Positions 35,643-46,282 of a stretch of 64,000 nucleotides of DNA are shown in pieces. Source of the DNA: a virus; the IMG/VR virus record IMGVR_UViG_3300050014_000899. One strand, 5' to 3'. The position numbers were made by a program, and so were the translations under genes. Under the pieces are notes generated by a model, which had not been told where the DNA came from, did no database searches, and saw only the letters and a list, made by a program, of their open reading frames with translations. Within the stretch, counting starts at the first letter, position 1. Each line of letters begins with the position of its first letter.

Positions 35643-38009
35643 ATGAGTCAAAGAAACGTATTGATCCTTGAAAGATCGAGCCAAAACCTTCAAAAGATAA
35701 GTAAAGAAGGAAAAGTTGTCCTAGAAGGTGTCTTTGCCGAATTCGGAGTCGAAAACAGAAATGGACGTATTTACGAGGAAAAGGAATACCTTCCACATTT
35801 GGAATATCTAAAGAAAGATATTGCATCAGGTAACTTACTTGGCGAACTAGATCACCCAGAACGTTTTGAAGTAGCCTTAGGCAGTGTTTCTCACAGAATT
35901 TCCGAACTTTGGTATGACCAATCCGCTAGACAAATTAAAGGTAGAATTGAGGTTCTCAATACACCTAAAGGCCAGATCGCTAAATCTCTTTTAGAAGCTG
36001 GTATCCCACTTTCAATCTCTTCACGTGCCGCTGGTACGGTCAATGAAGACAAAACCGTTTCAATTCAGCAAATTTACACTTATGACTTAGTTGCTAAGCC
36101 AGGGTTTGAGAATGCCCAATTGTCAACCGTTAATGAAGGTGCTAAGGCACGTATTCAGAGTCAAATTTCTAAACTAAATGAGTCTTACAGTAAAGGTGCG
36201 TCTCATAACGTTGCCAAGACTGAATTTGGTATAGTCAATGAAAATATTACTATTGTCGATTTAACTGACAAATTTCCATCAGTTAAGTTGAGGGAAGAGG
36301 CAATTGCCCTTCAAAACCCAAACGTTAAAAATAAAAGCGAGTTTAAAATGGAAAATGTTAATGAAGATCAGGCTCTTCAGCAATGGACAGTATTCTTTAA
36401 AAACGAGCTTAGCAAAATGAACCAAAAGTTAACTTCAATTGAGAACACTATTCTTGAAGGAACTAATGAAGGTGTTGCCAAAGAAATTGGAATTATTAAG
36501 GAATACCTTGAAAAACTAAGAGGCGTTCAAGAAAAATCTCTTAATTGGACAGGCGATATTGCTAAAGCAGTTAACAAAGTTGCTACCTATGCAGACACTC
36601 TTGCAGAAAAGAACAACGTTCACTACAAACTTACAAAGAAAGTAGTTGAGACAGTTGATCACAATGCTAAGACTTTAAATGCAACCCAGGACTGGGTAGG
36701 TAACAATGCAAAGATTCTTAATATTGTTGCAGAAACAGTAGACCACAATGCAGAAATGACAAACGGTCTAAATGAATGGAACGGCCAAATTTCTAAGGCA
36801 GTTAATGCACTCCATGAATGGGGTGGCGAAAAAGCAAAAGCAATTAATGGAATTCACGAGTGGACTTCATCTATTGCAAAGAATGTAAACGAAATGGCAA
36901 ACTGGTCAGAAGACATGTTCGGAAGAGCAGTTAGCAAAGAAGATGCGAAGACTCTTATTAAATATATCGAGTTGGTAGCTGAATCCAAAAAGGATCCTGA
37001 ACTCAAGGCAAAACTTGACGAAACACTATCTAAACATGGGATCACCGAAAAACCATTAACCGAATCTATGATCACAGGAATTAAAGGAATTAAAGGACTC
37101 GGTGTTATCACAGACGTTACTAAAATTGGCAACGAAAAAGTAAACACCGATGCTGGCAAGAGTGCTGGCGTAACCTTCGATGGTAAAACTATCGTTGCGA
37201 AAATGAATAAATCTAAAGTTGGTTCTGGAAACAAACCAAAGGCTCTAAAGACGATCGAAGATCAGAAAATGGAACCAGGTAAAGTATCCGGAGCTAAAGT
37301 AAAAGGAATTATGGTTCTTGACAAAATCAGCGGAACCCTACATTCTGTAAAAGGAACCTCAACAGAAGGTAATCTCAAAACTTCAAAACAGAACATGAAG
37401 CTTGATACCAAACCTGCTGGAAAGGGATTTATAACCGAAAAACAGGAAACTCCAATTCTTACAAAGGCACCCGCCATTAAAGAAAGAGCTTCTAAACTCG
37501 ATGAGAAACTAAGTGCAATCATTACCAATATCGAAAAAGAAAAGACTTTGATTGAAAACGCGAGGGCTCAATATCCATTTATCGCTCTCTTAGCTGAAAG
37601 TGATAAGAAAGATTTTGCTGCACTATCAGACTCCGACAAAAAGAAGGTAGCCGCAGAAGTTAGCAAAAATCCAACTGTTGATTCTGGAACAATTAAAGGA
37701 CTATGGTCAGCTGCATTAGTTGAAAACAAAGTTGAAGAACCATTATGGTTAGCACTTGCTCCAAAAGAGTACAAAGAGCTATACACAAAGGCTTCTCCCG
37801 TTATGCAGGAATCTATTAAAGCTAGATCAGAATTCTATCCTCTAGAAACACAGTACCAAATCATCAATTTCTGGGAAACTTCTAAGATTGCCCCAAGAAC
37901 ATCAAGCCTCAATGAGGTCTTCGTTGCTCCAGGCGTTAAGGGAGAAGAACCAAAAATGGACCCATTCATCGCTCAAATCGGTGAAGAAATGAAAAGGTAT
38001 CAGAGATAA
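35643..38009 (+). CDS. prohead protease (T4 gp21-like) fused to long scaffold-like region
   Basis: LEGVF..NRNGRIY; LGELDHP; VSHRI; ISSRAAG; YDLVAKPGF. Confidence 0.9.
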   Translation: MSQRNVLILERSSQNLQKISKEGKVVLEGVFAEFGVENRNGRIYEEKEYLPHLEYLKKDIASGNLLGELDHPERFEVALGSVSHRISELWYDQSARQIKGRIEVLNTPKGQIAKSLLEAGIPLSISSRAAGTVNEDKTVSIQQIYTYDLVAKPGFENAQLSTVNEGAKARIQSQISKLNESYSKGASHNVAKTEFGIVNENITIVDLTDKFPSVKLREEAIALQNPNVKNKSEFKMENVNEDQALQQWTVFFKNELSKMNQKLTSIENTILEGTNEGVAKEIGIIKEYLEKLRGVQEKSLNWTGDIAKAVNKVATYADTLAEKNNVHYKLTKKVVETVDHNAKTLNATQDWVGNNAKILNIVAETVDHNAEMTNGLNEWNGQISKAVNALHEWGGEKAKAINGIHEWTSSIAKNVNEMANWSEDMFGRAVSKEDAKTLIKYIELVAESKKDPELKAKLDETLSKHGITEKPLTESMITGIKGIKGLGVITDVTKIGNEKVNTDAGKSAGVTFDGKTIVAKMNKSKVGSGNKPKALKTIEDQKMEPGKVSGAKVKGIMVLDKISGTLHSVKGTSTEGNLKTSKQNMKLDTKPAGKGFITEKQETPILTKAPAIKERASKLDEKLSAIITNIEKEKTLIENARAQYPFIALLAESDKKDFAALSDSDKKKVAAEVSKNPTVDSGTIKGLWSAALVENKVEEPLWLALAPKEYKELYTKASPVMQESIKARSEFYPLETQYQIINFWETSKIAPRTSSLNEVFVAPGVKGEEPKMDPFIAQIGEEMKRYQR

Positions 38010-38079
38010 TTGCGACGCTATGTCCCTATTTCAATGAACCGTTAAAAAATAAATAAATAAAAATAAATAATTTTTCAAA

Positions 38080-39834
38080 ATGAAACAATTAAACGAACAA
38101 CAAATCGTAGAAAAATGGAGTCCTATGATTGAGTCTACAACCGGTCTTAAAGATAAGTCAAGACTTAATTGGATTTCTAAATACGCTCATTTTCACGCCT
38201 TAAACGAGGCTGACATGGGTGGTGTATCTGCACCATATGCAACTCTATTCAATGTTCCTGGCGTTGGTAATGCTCAGCCTGCTTCTCAGGCAGCTACAAC
38301 TGGTAACCAGTTCTATCAGCAAGGTACAAAGGGTTCAGGTGACAAATGGCCTGCACTTCTTCCAATGGCTCTTCAGGTTGCTGCAAGAACAGTTGGTTTC
38401 GACATCGTTAACGTAATTCCTATGGCTGGTCCAACTGGCGTAGTTTCTTACCTTGATTATGTATACGCTGGTGGAAAACAGCCTTATGGCGCTCCTCCTG
38501 CTCACGATCCAAACTCAGCTAACCCTCCTTATTTCCAGGGAAGCAACGCAACCGGAAAATTTGAAGCTCCACTTGCATTCAAAATCCAGCTAAAAGCTGT
38601 TGATGCTTCTGCAGTTGTAGCCGGACTTTACAATGGTGAAGTTGTTACATTCCAGAATGGCGGACCTTCAATTCAGGTTACAGCTACTTATATTGGAAAA
38701 TCACGTATTGATGGTTTTGCAATGTTTAAAACAGGCGCTTTCACAGGAACAACCAAGAACTTAGCAGAAGTATTTGATGGCTCAGCTATCATCGTTTCTG
38801 ACACATCAGTTGGTGGTGTTGTTACTACTTACCCAACCTTAGTTTCTACTCTTGAAGATCAGATCCAGGGATTCACTGGCGCTGGCGAACAGGACAATAA
38901 CGCATGGCAGGGAACATTCGTATCAGGTACAACCCTTTACGAACCTATGGAAAGAGGCGTTGGTGAAATGCAGTACCCAAGGGCTTTAGGTCTTCAGGTA
39001 TTCACCAAATTCGTTACCGTTGGAACTTACCAGGTATCAGTTTCTGTAACTCAGGAACAAATTCAGGACCTTAACAAACAGTGGGGTATTGATGTTATCG
39101 CAATGGTAGAAAACGCTGGTATCAACGAAATCAGCCAGTCAATTAACAAACACATCCTTTCAAGATTATTCGGTCTAGGATGGAAGAACCACCTTAGAGC
39201 TTACAATGCTGAAGCTATTAACCTTAACTTCAGAGTAGACTCATCAGCTGACGGCGTAACTGCTGCTTATGCTTATCCAGATGGCGACACCACTTTCTCA
39301 ACCGCAACAATGATCATCCCAGGTTATAGAAGCTATGGCCCAGCTAACACTGGATCATTCGAAAACCAGGATACAGCTATCAAGAGAATTATGGCTCTTA
39401 TACTAGCTGGTGGAAACGTTATTATGCAACGTGGTCGTAGAGGCCCAGCTAACTTTATCGTTACAAACATAAAGATTGCTACCGCTCTTCAGACAAACGC
39501 ACAGTACACATTCTCCCCAATCGCTAACACATTCAACCAGAATAACGGATCTCTTTATCCACTCGGAACCATCGCAGGAATGACATTATATGTTGATCCT
39601 AACATGATGTACGAAGACACAAGAGTACTTATCGGAAGAAAAGGTGCTAGTGACGAACCAGGAACAGTATTCTGCCCATACTTAATGGCTGAATCAGTAA
39701 AACTCATCACCGAAGGAACAGGTGCTCCAAAGGTAATCATCAAATCAAGATACGCTCTTGTAGATGCAGGTTTCCATCCTGAGACCCAGTATCTCTGCTT
39801 GTACATCAAGACAAACGCAGGTGCATTACTTTAA
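38080..39834 (+). CDS. major capsid protein (T4 gp23-like)
   Basis: VIPMAGPTG; EQIQDL; EISQSINKHI; GRRGPANF; FCPY; KSRYAL. Confidence 0.93.
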   Translation: MKQLNEQQIVEKWSPMIESTTGLKDKSRLNWISKYAHFHALNEADMGGVSAPYATLFNVPGVGNAQPASQAATTGNQFYQQGTKGSGDKWPALLPMALQVAARTVGFDIVNVIPMAGPTGVVSYLDYVYAGGKQPYGAPPAHDPNSANPPYFQGSNATGKFEAPLAFKIQLKAVDASAVVAGLYNGEVVTFQNGGPSIQVTATYIGKSRIDGFAMFKTGAFTGTTKNLAEVFDGSAIIVSDTSVGGVVTTYPTLVSTLEDQIQGFTGAGEQDNNAWQGTFVSGTTLYEPMERGVGEMQYPRALGLQVFTKFVTVGTYQVSVSVTQEQIQDLNKQWGIDVIAMVENAGINEISQSINKHILSRLFGLGWKNHLRAYNAEAINLNFRVDSSADGVTAAYAYPDGDTTFSTATMIIPGYRSYGPANTGSFENQDTAIKRIMALILAGGNVIMQRGRRGPANFIVTNIKIATALQTNAQYTFSPIANTFNQNNGSLYPLGTIAGMTLYVDPNMMYEDTRVLIGRKGASDEPGTVFCPYLMAESVKLITEGTGAPKVIIKSRYALVDAGFHPETQYLCLYIKTNAGALL

Positions 39835-39862
39835 TAGTTAATCAGTTAGCTAGATAAAACAG

Positions 39863-39891
39863 AAAGGAGAGAATTAATTCTCTCCTTTTTT
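39863..39891. terminator. bidirectional terminator
   Basis: AAAGGAGAGAAT/ATTCTCTCCTTTTTT between convergent genes. Confidence 0.75.
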
Positions 39892-40545
39892 ATTGTTCCA
39901 AACATTCTGCATTTTATGACAAAATTCTGCATATTTTATTTGACCCTCATCGATACCATATTGCTCTATAAAGCATTCAATAGTATTCGTAGGTCCTTTT
40001 CTTTTTCTAGCTTCTTTAATACTTTCAATAAAAATATTATATCGTCTATTCCCCTCTTCTTCTCCCCATTTTTCAATATATGTTGATAATCTAGTTCTTC
40101 CAGTTCTTTTTTCTTTCATATCTCCAAGATACTTTTCATATTTTTTCATTCCAATTTCTTCCCCGTATCTTTTTATATAGTGATCCCGGTTAGATCTCCC
40201 TTTGAGAGAATTTCCAATTTTATCTTTTGTTTTTCGAGAATGAGAATAACCTTGAAGCGTACTTCCTCCTTCGGTCATATTATACCCAAATCCAAAGGAT
40301 CCAAATTGATTTACATAAAAAATTTCTTTATCATCTAATTCTTTAGCCGGTATTTCGCTTTCCAATATTTTCCATTTAAAATTGGATTCCCCATACTTAC
40401 GTAAAGCCTCATAAAATCTATTTGGCAAATTATATTTAAAAGCATTATCTAAATGTTTTTGTTTCCTTAACTTTAACGATACAACAGTCTGGCCAATATA
40501 TTTTTTTCCATTCTGAAGATTTTCGGCACAATAAATTATTCCCAT
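39874..40545 (-). CDS. GIY-YIG homing endonuclease
   Basis: GIIY..NGKKYIGQT; GYNMTEGG. Confidence 0.85.
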   Translation of the reverse strand: MGIIYCAENLQNGKKYIGQTVVSLKLRKQKHLDNAFKYNLPNRFYEALRKYGESNFKWKILESEIPAKELDDKEIFYVNQFGSFGFGYNMTEGGSTLQGYSHSRKTKDKIGNSLKGRSNRDHYIKRYGEEIGMKKYEKYLGDMKEKRTGRTRLSTYIEKWGEEEGNRRYNIFIESIKEARKRKGPTNTIECFIEQYGIDEGQIKYAEFCHKMQNVWNNKKGEN

Positions 40546-40663
40546 AGTATCTTTATTTTATCCCAATACATTACTTATACTATTTATCAACAAAAAGTTT
40601 CAAAAATATTTTTTTACTACGGAAGTATTTCGTATATTTGTCTTGTAATCAAAAAAGAAAAAG

Positions 40664-41029
40664 ATGAAAGAGATTGAAAACAAAATCAAAGAATTTCTGA
40701 AATTATCAAAGGAAAAACCTGAAGATTGGGATCTCGTTACCGAACATATGCGTAAGCAGGATAAAATGATGGACGAACTTACCGAAATGTCAAGAGAAAA
40801 GAAAACTCTTCTTGGTCGTACCATAAAATTCAGTGTTGCTGATGGTCATGCAGTTTATGTCGTTACCAAAGTTGGTCCGACTTCAGTTAAACTTTCCTGG
40901 ATTGATTATTGCGACGGATATTGTGACAGACATTACGGAGAACGTGGTGGAAGTATGAAAATCCGCGAAGCTCAAGCTCACGCATCTTTTGAAGACATGC
41001 TGGATAATATGAGTAAATGTAAAAAATAA
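40664..41029 (+). CDS. hypothetical phage protein
   Basis: follows TATATTTG promoter motif. Confidence 0.65.
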   Translation: MKEIENKIKEFLKLSKEKPEDWDLVTEHMRKQDKMMDELTEMSREKKTLLGRTIKFSVADGHAVYVVTKVGPTSVKLSWIDYCDGYCDRHYGERGGSMKIREAQAHASFEDMLDNMSKCKK

Positions 41030-41174
41030 TGGACGAAAAATTAATTGAAGAAATCATTTTAAAGCTTGACGAATACGCAAGAGATTACGACAATTATGAT
41101 TATGGCTTGCCTCTCCATGATGAACACATGGATAAAATGAAAGCCATAATTCAGGAAATCATAAAAAAAGGAGC

Positions 41175-41858
41175 TTAAAGCTCCTTTTTCCATTCAATTG
41201 GTTGTCCTACGAAAGTTTTGTCCGGATTTCTAACCTTAAATAACTTTTCATTGCCTGTTAATCTTAATTCCTTAAGATCTGCAATGTGAGCTATATGAGT
41301 ATTAATTACTCTCGGCCAAATATATTTCCATAGGAATGGCTGGTCGGTATTAAAATATTTTCCTCTGGGCTTATAAACATCCTGGAAAGTAAGACTTTCA
41401 AGATATTCATTAAGCATATCATCATATTGAAATTTAATCTTATCAATAAATTTGGAGGTAGCTCCCCACATCCCTCCGCATATTGGAGCATTATGCATTG
41501 GATTGTCTCTCATGATATGAAATTCTTTTCCGCTTTCTTCCCATTCTCTAACTGCATCAGCTTCTCTTGGATTTAATCTCGAATCTGCATCACGTACGAT
41601 AAATCTTTCTATGGAATCATCCTTAAGGGGTTCAAATCTCCAGAATAGACCATAACATCCATCGGATTTATCCATGATGACCGTCTCAGCTCCCTCTTGT
41701 TCCATACGCTCAACGATATTTTGAGGCACTGTTTCATCCATATAAAACCTACACGTCCAGCCTGGGTAATATTTAGGTGCTAGAACGAGATTCTCGTACG
41801 CGGCTTCAGCATACTTGGGATTTTTGCCCCAAACTGAAAAAGAAATTATTTTATTCAT
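41175..41858 (-). CDS. putative glycosyltransferase (GT-A-like)
   Basis: ISFSVWG..KY; FWRF; IVRDADSR; GGMWG; DQPFL. Confidence 0.6.
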   Translation of the reverse strand: MNKIISFSVWGKNPKYAEAAYENLVLAPKYYPGWTCRFYMDETVPQNIVERMEQEGAETVIMDKSDGCYGLFWRFEPLKDDSIERFIVRDADSRLNPREADAVREWEESGKEFHIMRDNPMHNAPICGGMWGATSKFIDKIKFQYDDMLNEYLESLTFQDVYKPRGKYFNTDQPFLWKYIWPRVINTHIAHIADLKELRLTGNEKLFKVRNPDKTFVGQPIEWKKEL

Positions 41859-42036
41859 ACTCTAAATTCTAATATTATTTTTTGTTTGCATTTTAAACAC
41901 TCTTTGTATTCTATTCCATTTGTGGGATCCCGAACATAAGTCCAATCACATTCAGTTGCGCAAGGAAATATTTTGGGTTCCTCGGGAAAGTAATCACTCA
42001 TTTCAGCAATTATTCCTACATTACCAACTAAAGTTA

Positions 42037-42822
42037 TCATAGTTTTTTAAATTCTTCAATAATTCTTTTTTCCCAATAACTCATATAAAGCATCTCAGCA
42101 TTGATTTCGATAGGTTTTTCTAATAAATCCGGAGTTATTTCATCCCAACTATTTACTTGTATGATGGGAAGATTGTAATTTTTATAAATTTGATGTCGGA
42201 GAGTAATGGGGATACATCCTAAATATAGAGACTCCCATAATCTATGAGTATCTATTCCATTACCCCGGGGACATATAACAAACTTATTTTTAGACATATT
42301 AATGCAATAAGTTTCGAAACTAAGTCCAGATTCTTCAATAATTGGTAAATTATTTTTTTTAAGTATCGAACTAATTATACCCCGACTGGGATTTGTAGAA
42401 GAATTCCAATTACAATATAATGTTAATTTTTTTTCTGATTTTTGTAATTCATTTAAATTTTCTTCTAACCATTTATGATTTGTAAATTTTCCTTTAGAAC
42501 TTCCTATGTGATTTTCAAGTCCTATTGGAACAGAGATTAAATCGGGATTATTGTATATTGCATTTTCGGCAAACCATTTTTTAATGCTATTTGGTTTTAA
42601 TGAAAATCTCATTACATCTATGGGATAATCCGACATATGGGTTATCAAAATATATTTTTTTCCAAAAACCCCTAAATGATTAAATAATTGGGGGATAAAA
42701 TCGGTTTTGCAATAAATTATAGCATTATTTCGTAACATTTCTGTTGAAAAAATGGAACGATCTAAATCAATAGCAAAATTTGAGATCTCAGAAAATTTAT
42801 ATCCGTTAATATAATCCAGCAT
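42037..42822 (-). CDS. exostosin/GT47-like glycosyltransferase
   Basis: FVICPRGNGIDTHRLWESLYLGCIP. Confidence 0.75.
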   Translation of the reverse strand: MLDYINGYKFSEISNFAIDLDRSIFSTEMLRNNAIIYCKTDFIPQLFNHLGVFGKKYILITHMSDYPIDVMRFSLKPNSIKKWFAENAIYNNPDLISVPIGLENHIGSSKGKFTNHKWLEENLNELQKSEKKLTLYCNWNSSTNPSRGIISSILKKNNLPIIEESGLSFETYCINMSKNKFVICPRGNGIDTHRLWESLYLGCIPITLRHQIYKNYNLPIIQVNSWDEITPDLLEKPIEINAEMLYMSYWEKRIIEEFKKL

Positions 42823-42823
42823 C

Positions 42824-43519
42824 CTATAATATTTTCCAGTTTAATTTAAATTTAGGATTCGGGCTGTCGGATCTGGCATAAGAATGCAAAAATAGAGATT
42901 TTGTATCAATTTGCATAGTATCAATAAGACATGAAAAGGAACTATCAATGACATGAACTTCAGCGGCTTTTTCTATTGTATAAATAAAATCAAATATTCC
43001 GATATTATTAAAGTCCGATGGATTAATGATTTTTATGTCTTTTCTAATATGCGAAAAATTTATTTCTCTTCCAGTTCTAAGATCATTATGGAGAAAAATA
43101 TATTCTTGATTATCTTTCAATTTCAACTTATCATAATACGTTTCTTTTTCCCGACTCAAATCTCTTTCCATGTGAAATTTATTCCATCTATCCTCAATCG
43201 GAATACCTGCTGAAATATAGAATCCCTCATCAAATGTTTTAAAAATACCAGTATGCAGTTTTTTAAACCATTCAGCCGTATGACCTATAATAAGATAATT
43301 CTTTAAAGGATTGATCTGTATAAAAAAGCTTATATCATTATCCAGAGATATTACTCTTAAGTTTGATAAATCCCTAAACATTCTTATAACATTTTTAACA
43401 TTTTTGGATTTAGAAAATAAATAAACCCAATCATATTTAACAGCATTTGTTCTTACTATTGCATTGCAAATAATATGATCCCCCAATCCTAAATGATGAT
43501 AAATGTATACGGAATTCAT
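42824..43519 (-). CDS. putative GT-B glycosyltransferase
   Basis: HLGLGDHI; AAEVHVIDSSF. Confidence 0.55.
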   Translation of the reverse strand: MNSVYIYHHLGLGDHIICNAIVRTNAVKYDWVYLFSKSKNVKNVIRMFRDLSNLRVISLDNDISFFIQINPLKNYLIIGHTAEWFKKLHTGIFKTFDEGFYISAGIPIEDRWNKFHMERDLSREKETYYDKLKLKDNQEYIFLHNDLRTGREINFSHIRKDIKIINPSDFNNIGIFDFIYTIEKAAEVHVIDSSFSCLIDTMQIDTKSLFLHSYARSDSPNPKFKLNWKIL

Positions 43520-43521
43520 AA

Positions 43522-44121
43522 TTATAGTCTTTTTAATAGCACATCTCCAACAATTGTTGCGTATTTTTTATAAAAGGGGGAGAGGTATGATACAACTGCT
43601 TCAATACCTGTATTCGCTTCAATACAAAGATATTCTATATTAAAAATTCTCCAATCGATAGATTTTACAACATGTATTTCATGAGTTTCCACATCGATAG
43701 AACAAAAATCAGCATTTTTTATATTATGCTTATTCAAAATTGTATCCAACCGAAATGTGGGAATTTTTATTACATTATAAGAACCCCCATGGCCTTCAAT
43801 TTCGGATTGAGCTACGGTTTCTCGATTAAATCCGCTGGCCATTTCTCCATATCCTGATATGACAGTGAAATCTTTCTCTCCTTCCGCATCCGATATAGCA
43901 CAATTTTCTGTTATACAATTCCTGTTCGATACCAATTTTTTAAAAACTTCCGGAATAGGTTCAACGCAAATCCCCGACCATTGCATTTCCTTTTCAAAAA
44001 AATATGAATTGCTATAGGTTACCCCATCATGAGCTCCTATATCAATAAAGATTCCAAATTTTTTATGGTTTAAAAGGTGATTTAATAATTGATCTTGCCC
44101 GTATTGCGAATAATATTTCAT
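43522..44121 (-). CDS. FkbM family methyltransferase
   Basis: YSQYGQD; FIDIGAHDG..SNS; VEP; SIDVE. Confidence 0.9.
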   Translation of the reverse strand: MKYYSQYGQDQLLNHLLNHKKFGIFIDIGAHDGVTYSNSYFFEKEMQWSGICVEPIPEVFKKLVSNRNCITENCAISDAEGEKDFTVISGYGEMASGFNRETVAQSEIEGHGGSYNVIKIPTFRLDTILNKHNIKNADFCSIDVETHEIHVVKSIDWRIFNIEYLCIEANTGIEAVVSYLSPFYKKYATIVGDVLLKRL

Positions 44122-44122
44122 T

Positions 44123-44794
44123 TTAGATTCGGTTTTTAAAGTATTTTTTGGAAGGATGAACTCTTTCTAATTTATGTTCCCAAATATATGTAAATGGGTC
44201 ATAAGCATAAGTTACAAACGGATAATAGGTATATGATTTTAAAGTTTCTTTAGAAATCATATTATTATAACTATCATCTGTAGTGGTTTCAAATTTGGAA
44301 AGATATGAAATTATTTTGTTATAAGCAATATCTCGAATAAGCATTGAATGAGTACATTCAGTGAAAATAGTAGGCACAACATTTAAAAACTGAAGATTCG
44401 GAAGGGTGCTAAGACCTAATCTGGGTATTCCTGATAGATAAACATGTTCCCAATTATTTGGAAGGATATTAAATAAAATTTTGATTCTTTTTTCAAAATC
44501 TTCTGCTAAAACTACATCATCTTCTAAAACAATAAAATGGGGCCAATTATTTTCTTTAGCTATTTTTATAGTTTGAATATGAGACATTGTACAAGCAATC
44601 TCTCCGGGTTTAAAAGTATCCCCAAATCTATATCCTCCCTGTAAATGTATTTTTTTAGATTTTTCGAATTCCGATAATTTTTGCACATCTATGGCATCCA
44701 TTATAATAGCTTCAATATTAAGAGATTTTAATTGAGATTGAATATATTCTCTTCTCTCTTTTGCTCTTTCTAAACTTATAACAACGATATTCAT
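44123..44794 (-). CDS. GT25 glycosyltransferase
   Basis: VISLERAKERR; GEIACTMSH; VLEDD. Confidence 0.88.
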   Translation of the reverse strand: MNIVVISLERAKERREYIQSQLKSLNIEAIIMDAIDVQKLSEFEKSKKIHLQGGYRFGDTFKPGEIACTMSHIQTIKIAKENNWPHFIVLEDDVVLAEDFEKRIKILFNILPNNWEHVYLSGIPRLGLSTLPNLQFLNVVPTIFTECTHSMLIRDIAYNKIISYLSKFETTTDDSYNNMISKETLKSYTYYPFVTYAYDPFTYIWEHKLERVHPSKKYFKNRI

Positions 44795-44797
44795 ATC

Positions 44798-45345
44798 CTA
44801 TTTTTCAAAATACCAGCATCCCCCCAAATAAGGTTTTGCTCCGAATGTAAAATACTCATCAACAGCTCTTCTAACCCCACAAGACGGTTCATTATAATCG
44901 TGACCAGCAATAACTCCTCCTTTTTTAACCTTTGGAAACCACATACGTAGATCTTTTTTAATTCCTTCGTATCTATGGCTTCCCCATCTAAAAAAAGAAA
45001 GTCAATACTTTCATCCTCAAATTTTGAAGCAAAATCAAAACTAAAACCCACAAAAGTCTCGATAAGAGATTTTACGGGTTCAATATTTTTAGTATATGTT
45101 TCTAATAGAGAATGATTTTTGAAATCCCGGTCGTCATTATATCCATCTCCGAATCCATCGAAGGAATCAATTGTACAAAAGCGAATAGATTTATGAGACT
45201 CTTTGATTTTTTCTGCCATGAATACGGCAGATTTACCTTTCCAGGTTCCTATCTCGACAAATAAAGAATTTGAAGGAAATTTTTGAACCATGTTGCCATA
45301 TAAGGCATCAAAAGTAAACATTCCTTCCAGGTTTTCCCAATACAT
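44798..45345 (-). CDS. class I SAM methyltransferase (Methyltransf_24), frameshifted at a G run near 44983
   Basis: VEIGTWKGKS; after the shift HRYEGIKKDL..WFPKVKKGGVIAGHDY. Confidence 0.75.
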
Positions 45346-45628
45346 AATTTTAAATTTTTAATCGTTAGTATCTTCAATTTCTTCTTTTCTATTTTCCCAA
45401 CTTCCGTCGTCATTTTGATATATTTTAGCTCCACATCGTGGGCAGGTTCCAAAGTGATCAAAGCCATTAGAATCCTGCCAAAGAGAATCCTTATGCCATT
45501 TTAATAGTGTACAAAAGAATTTAAGTTTTGATTTTTTCTCCCAGTAAAATAGAATTCCAAATACAGCCAAAAATATTAAGCCAACATAAATAAATACCTG
45601 CAAAATATCCATGGAGAATGTTATTTCT

Positions 45629-46282
45629 CTATTTATTCACAAATTTTTTGCATCTATCCCCGTGCCATCTAACATAATTTCCTGGGTTTGTTTCCATACC
45701 ACAGTATTCGCAGATTTTCAAGATTTTATTTATTGCATCCCAAGCCGGTTTGCCAAAATTTGGATTCTGATCACCTAAATGGGATTGGCTTATATTTTTC
45801 TTGTGCTTTTCTGATTTGGATTTTCCTTTTAAAGCTAAACTACTGTGTAGTTTCATATTTTTAGCTTTTTCGATTCCATATAGATCTTCAACTGATTTTC
45901 CTAAAATATTATTTCTAAGAATTTCTTTTGTTTCCTCAGATAAGGGCGAATTATTACCGCCAGATCTTATATTATATCCGCCCTTTATTGTATTATCTCT
46001 AGCAATATAAAAAGTTTCCCTTTTATTAAGGATTTCGGCTAATTCTTTTTTATCTTTAGATTTGTGCTCTTCAATTATTTCCCATTCAAAATTTTCAAAA
46101 CCGTATTTTCTAATTGCATTTAAAAATTTGGTTTTTGTATTTTTATAGTATTTTGCAAATTTTTTATGACTTCTTTTTCTATCTTCTAGAGAATTAATGG
46201 ATTGGCCATAATAAATTTTCTTAGAAATTAAGCAGGTAGATTTATAAATTATTCCTATTTGTTCACAATTTGAACTAACCAT
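45629..46282 (-). CDS. GIY-YIG homing endonuclease with NUMOD3
   Basis: GIIYK..KIYYGQS; GYNIRSGG. Confidence 0.8.
   Translation of the reverse strand: MVSSNCEQIGIIYKSTCLISKKIYYGQSINSLEDRKRSHKKFAKYYKNTKTKFLNAIRKYGFENFEWEIIEEHKSKDKKELAEILNKRETFYIARDNTIKGGYNIRSGGNNSPLSEETKEILRNNILGKSVEDLYGIEKAKNMKLHSSLALKGKSKSEKHKKNISQSHLGDQNPNFGKPAWDAINKILKICEYCGMETNPGNYVRWHGDRCKKFVNK

Noticed and set aside
36854-39809. Antisense ORFs within the protease and capsid genes (also 49198)
   Set aside because: Shadow frames caused by codon bias of the real genes.
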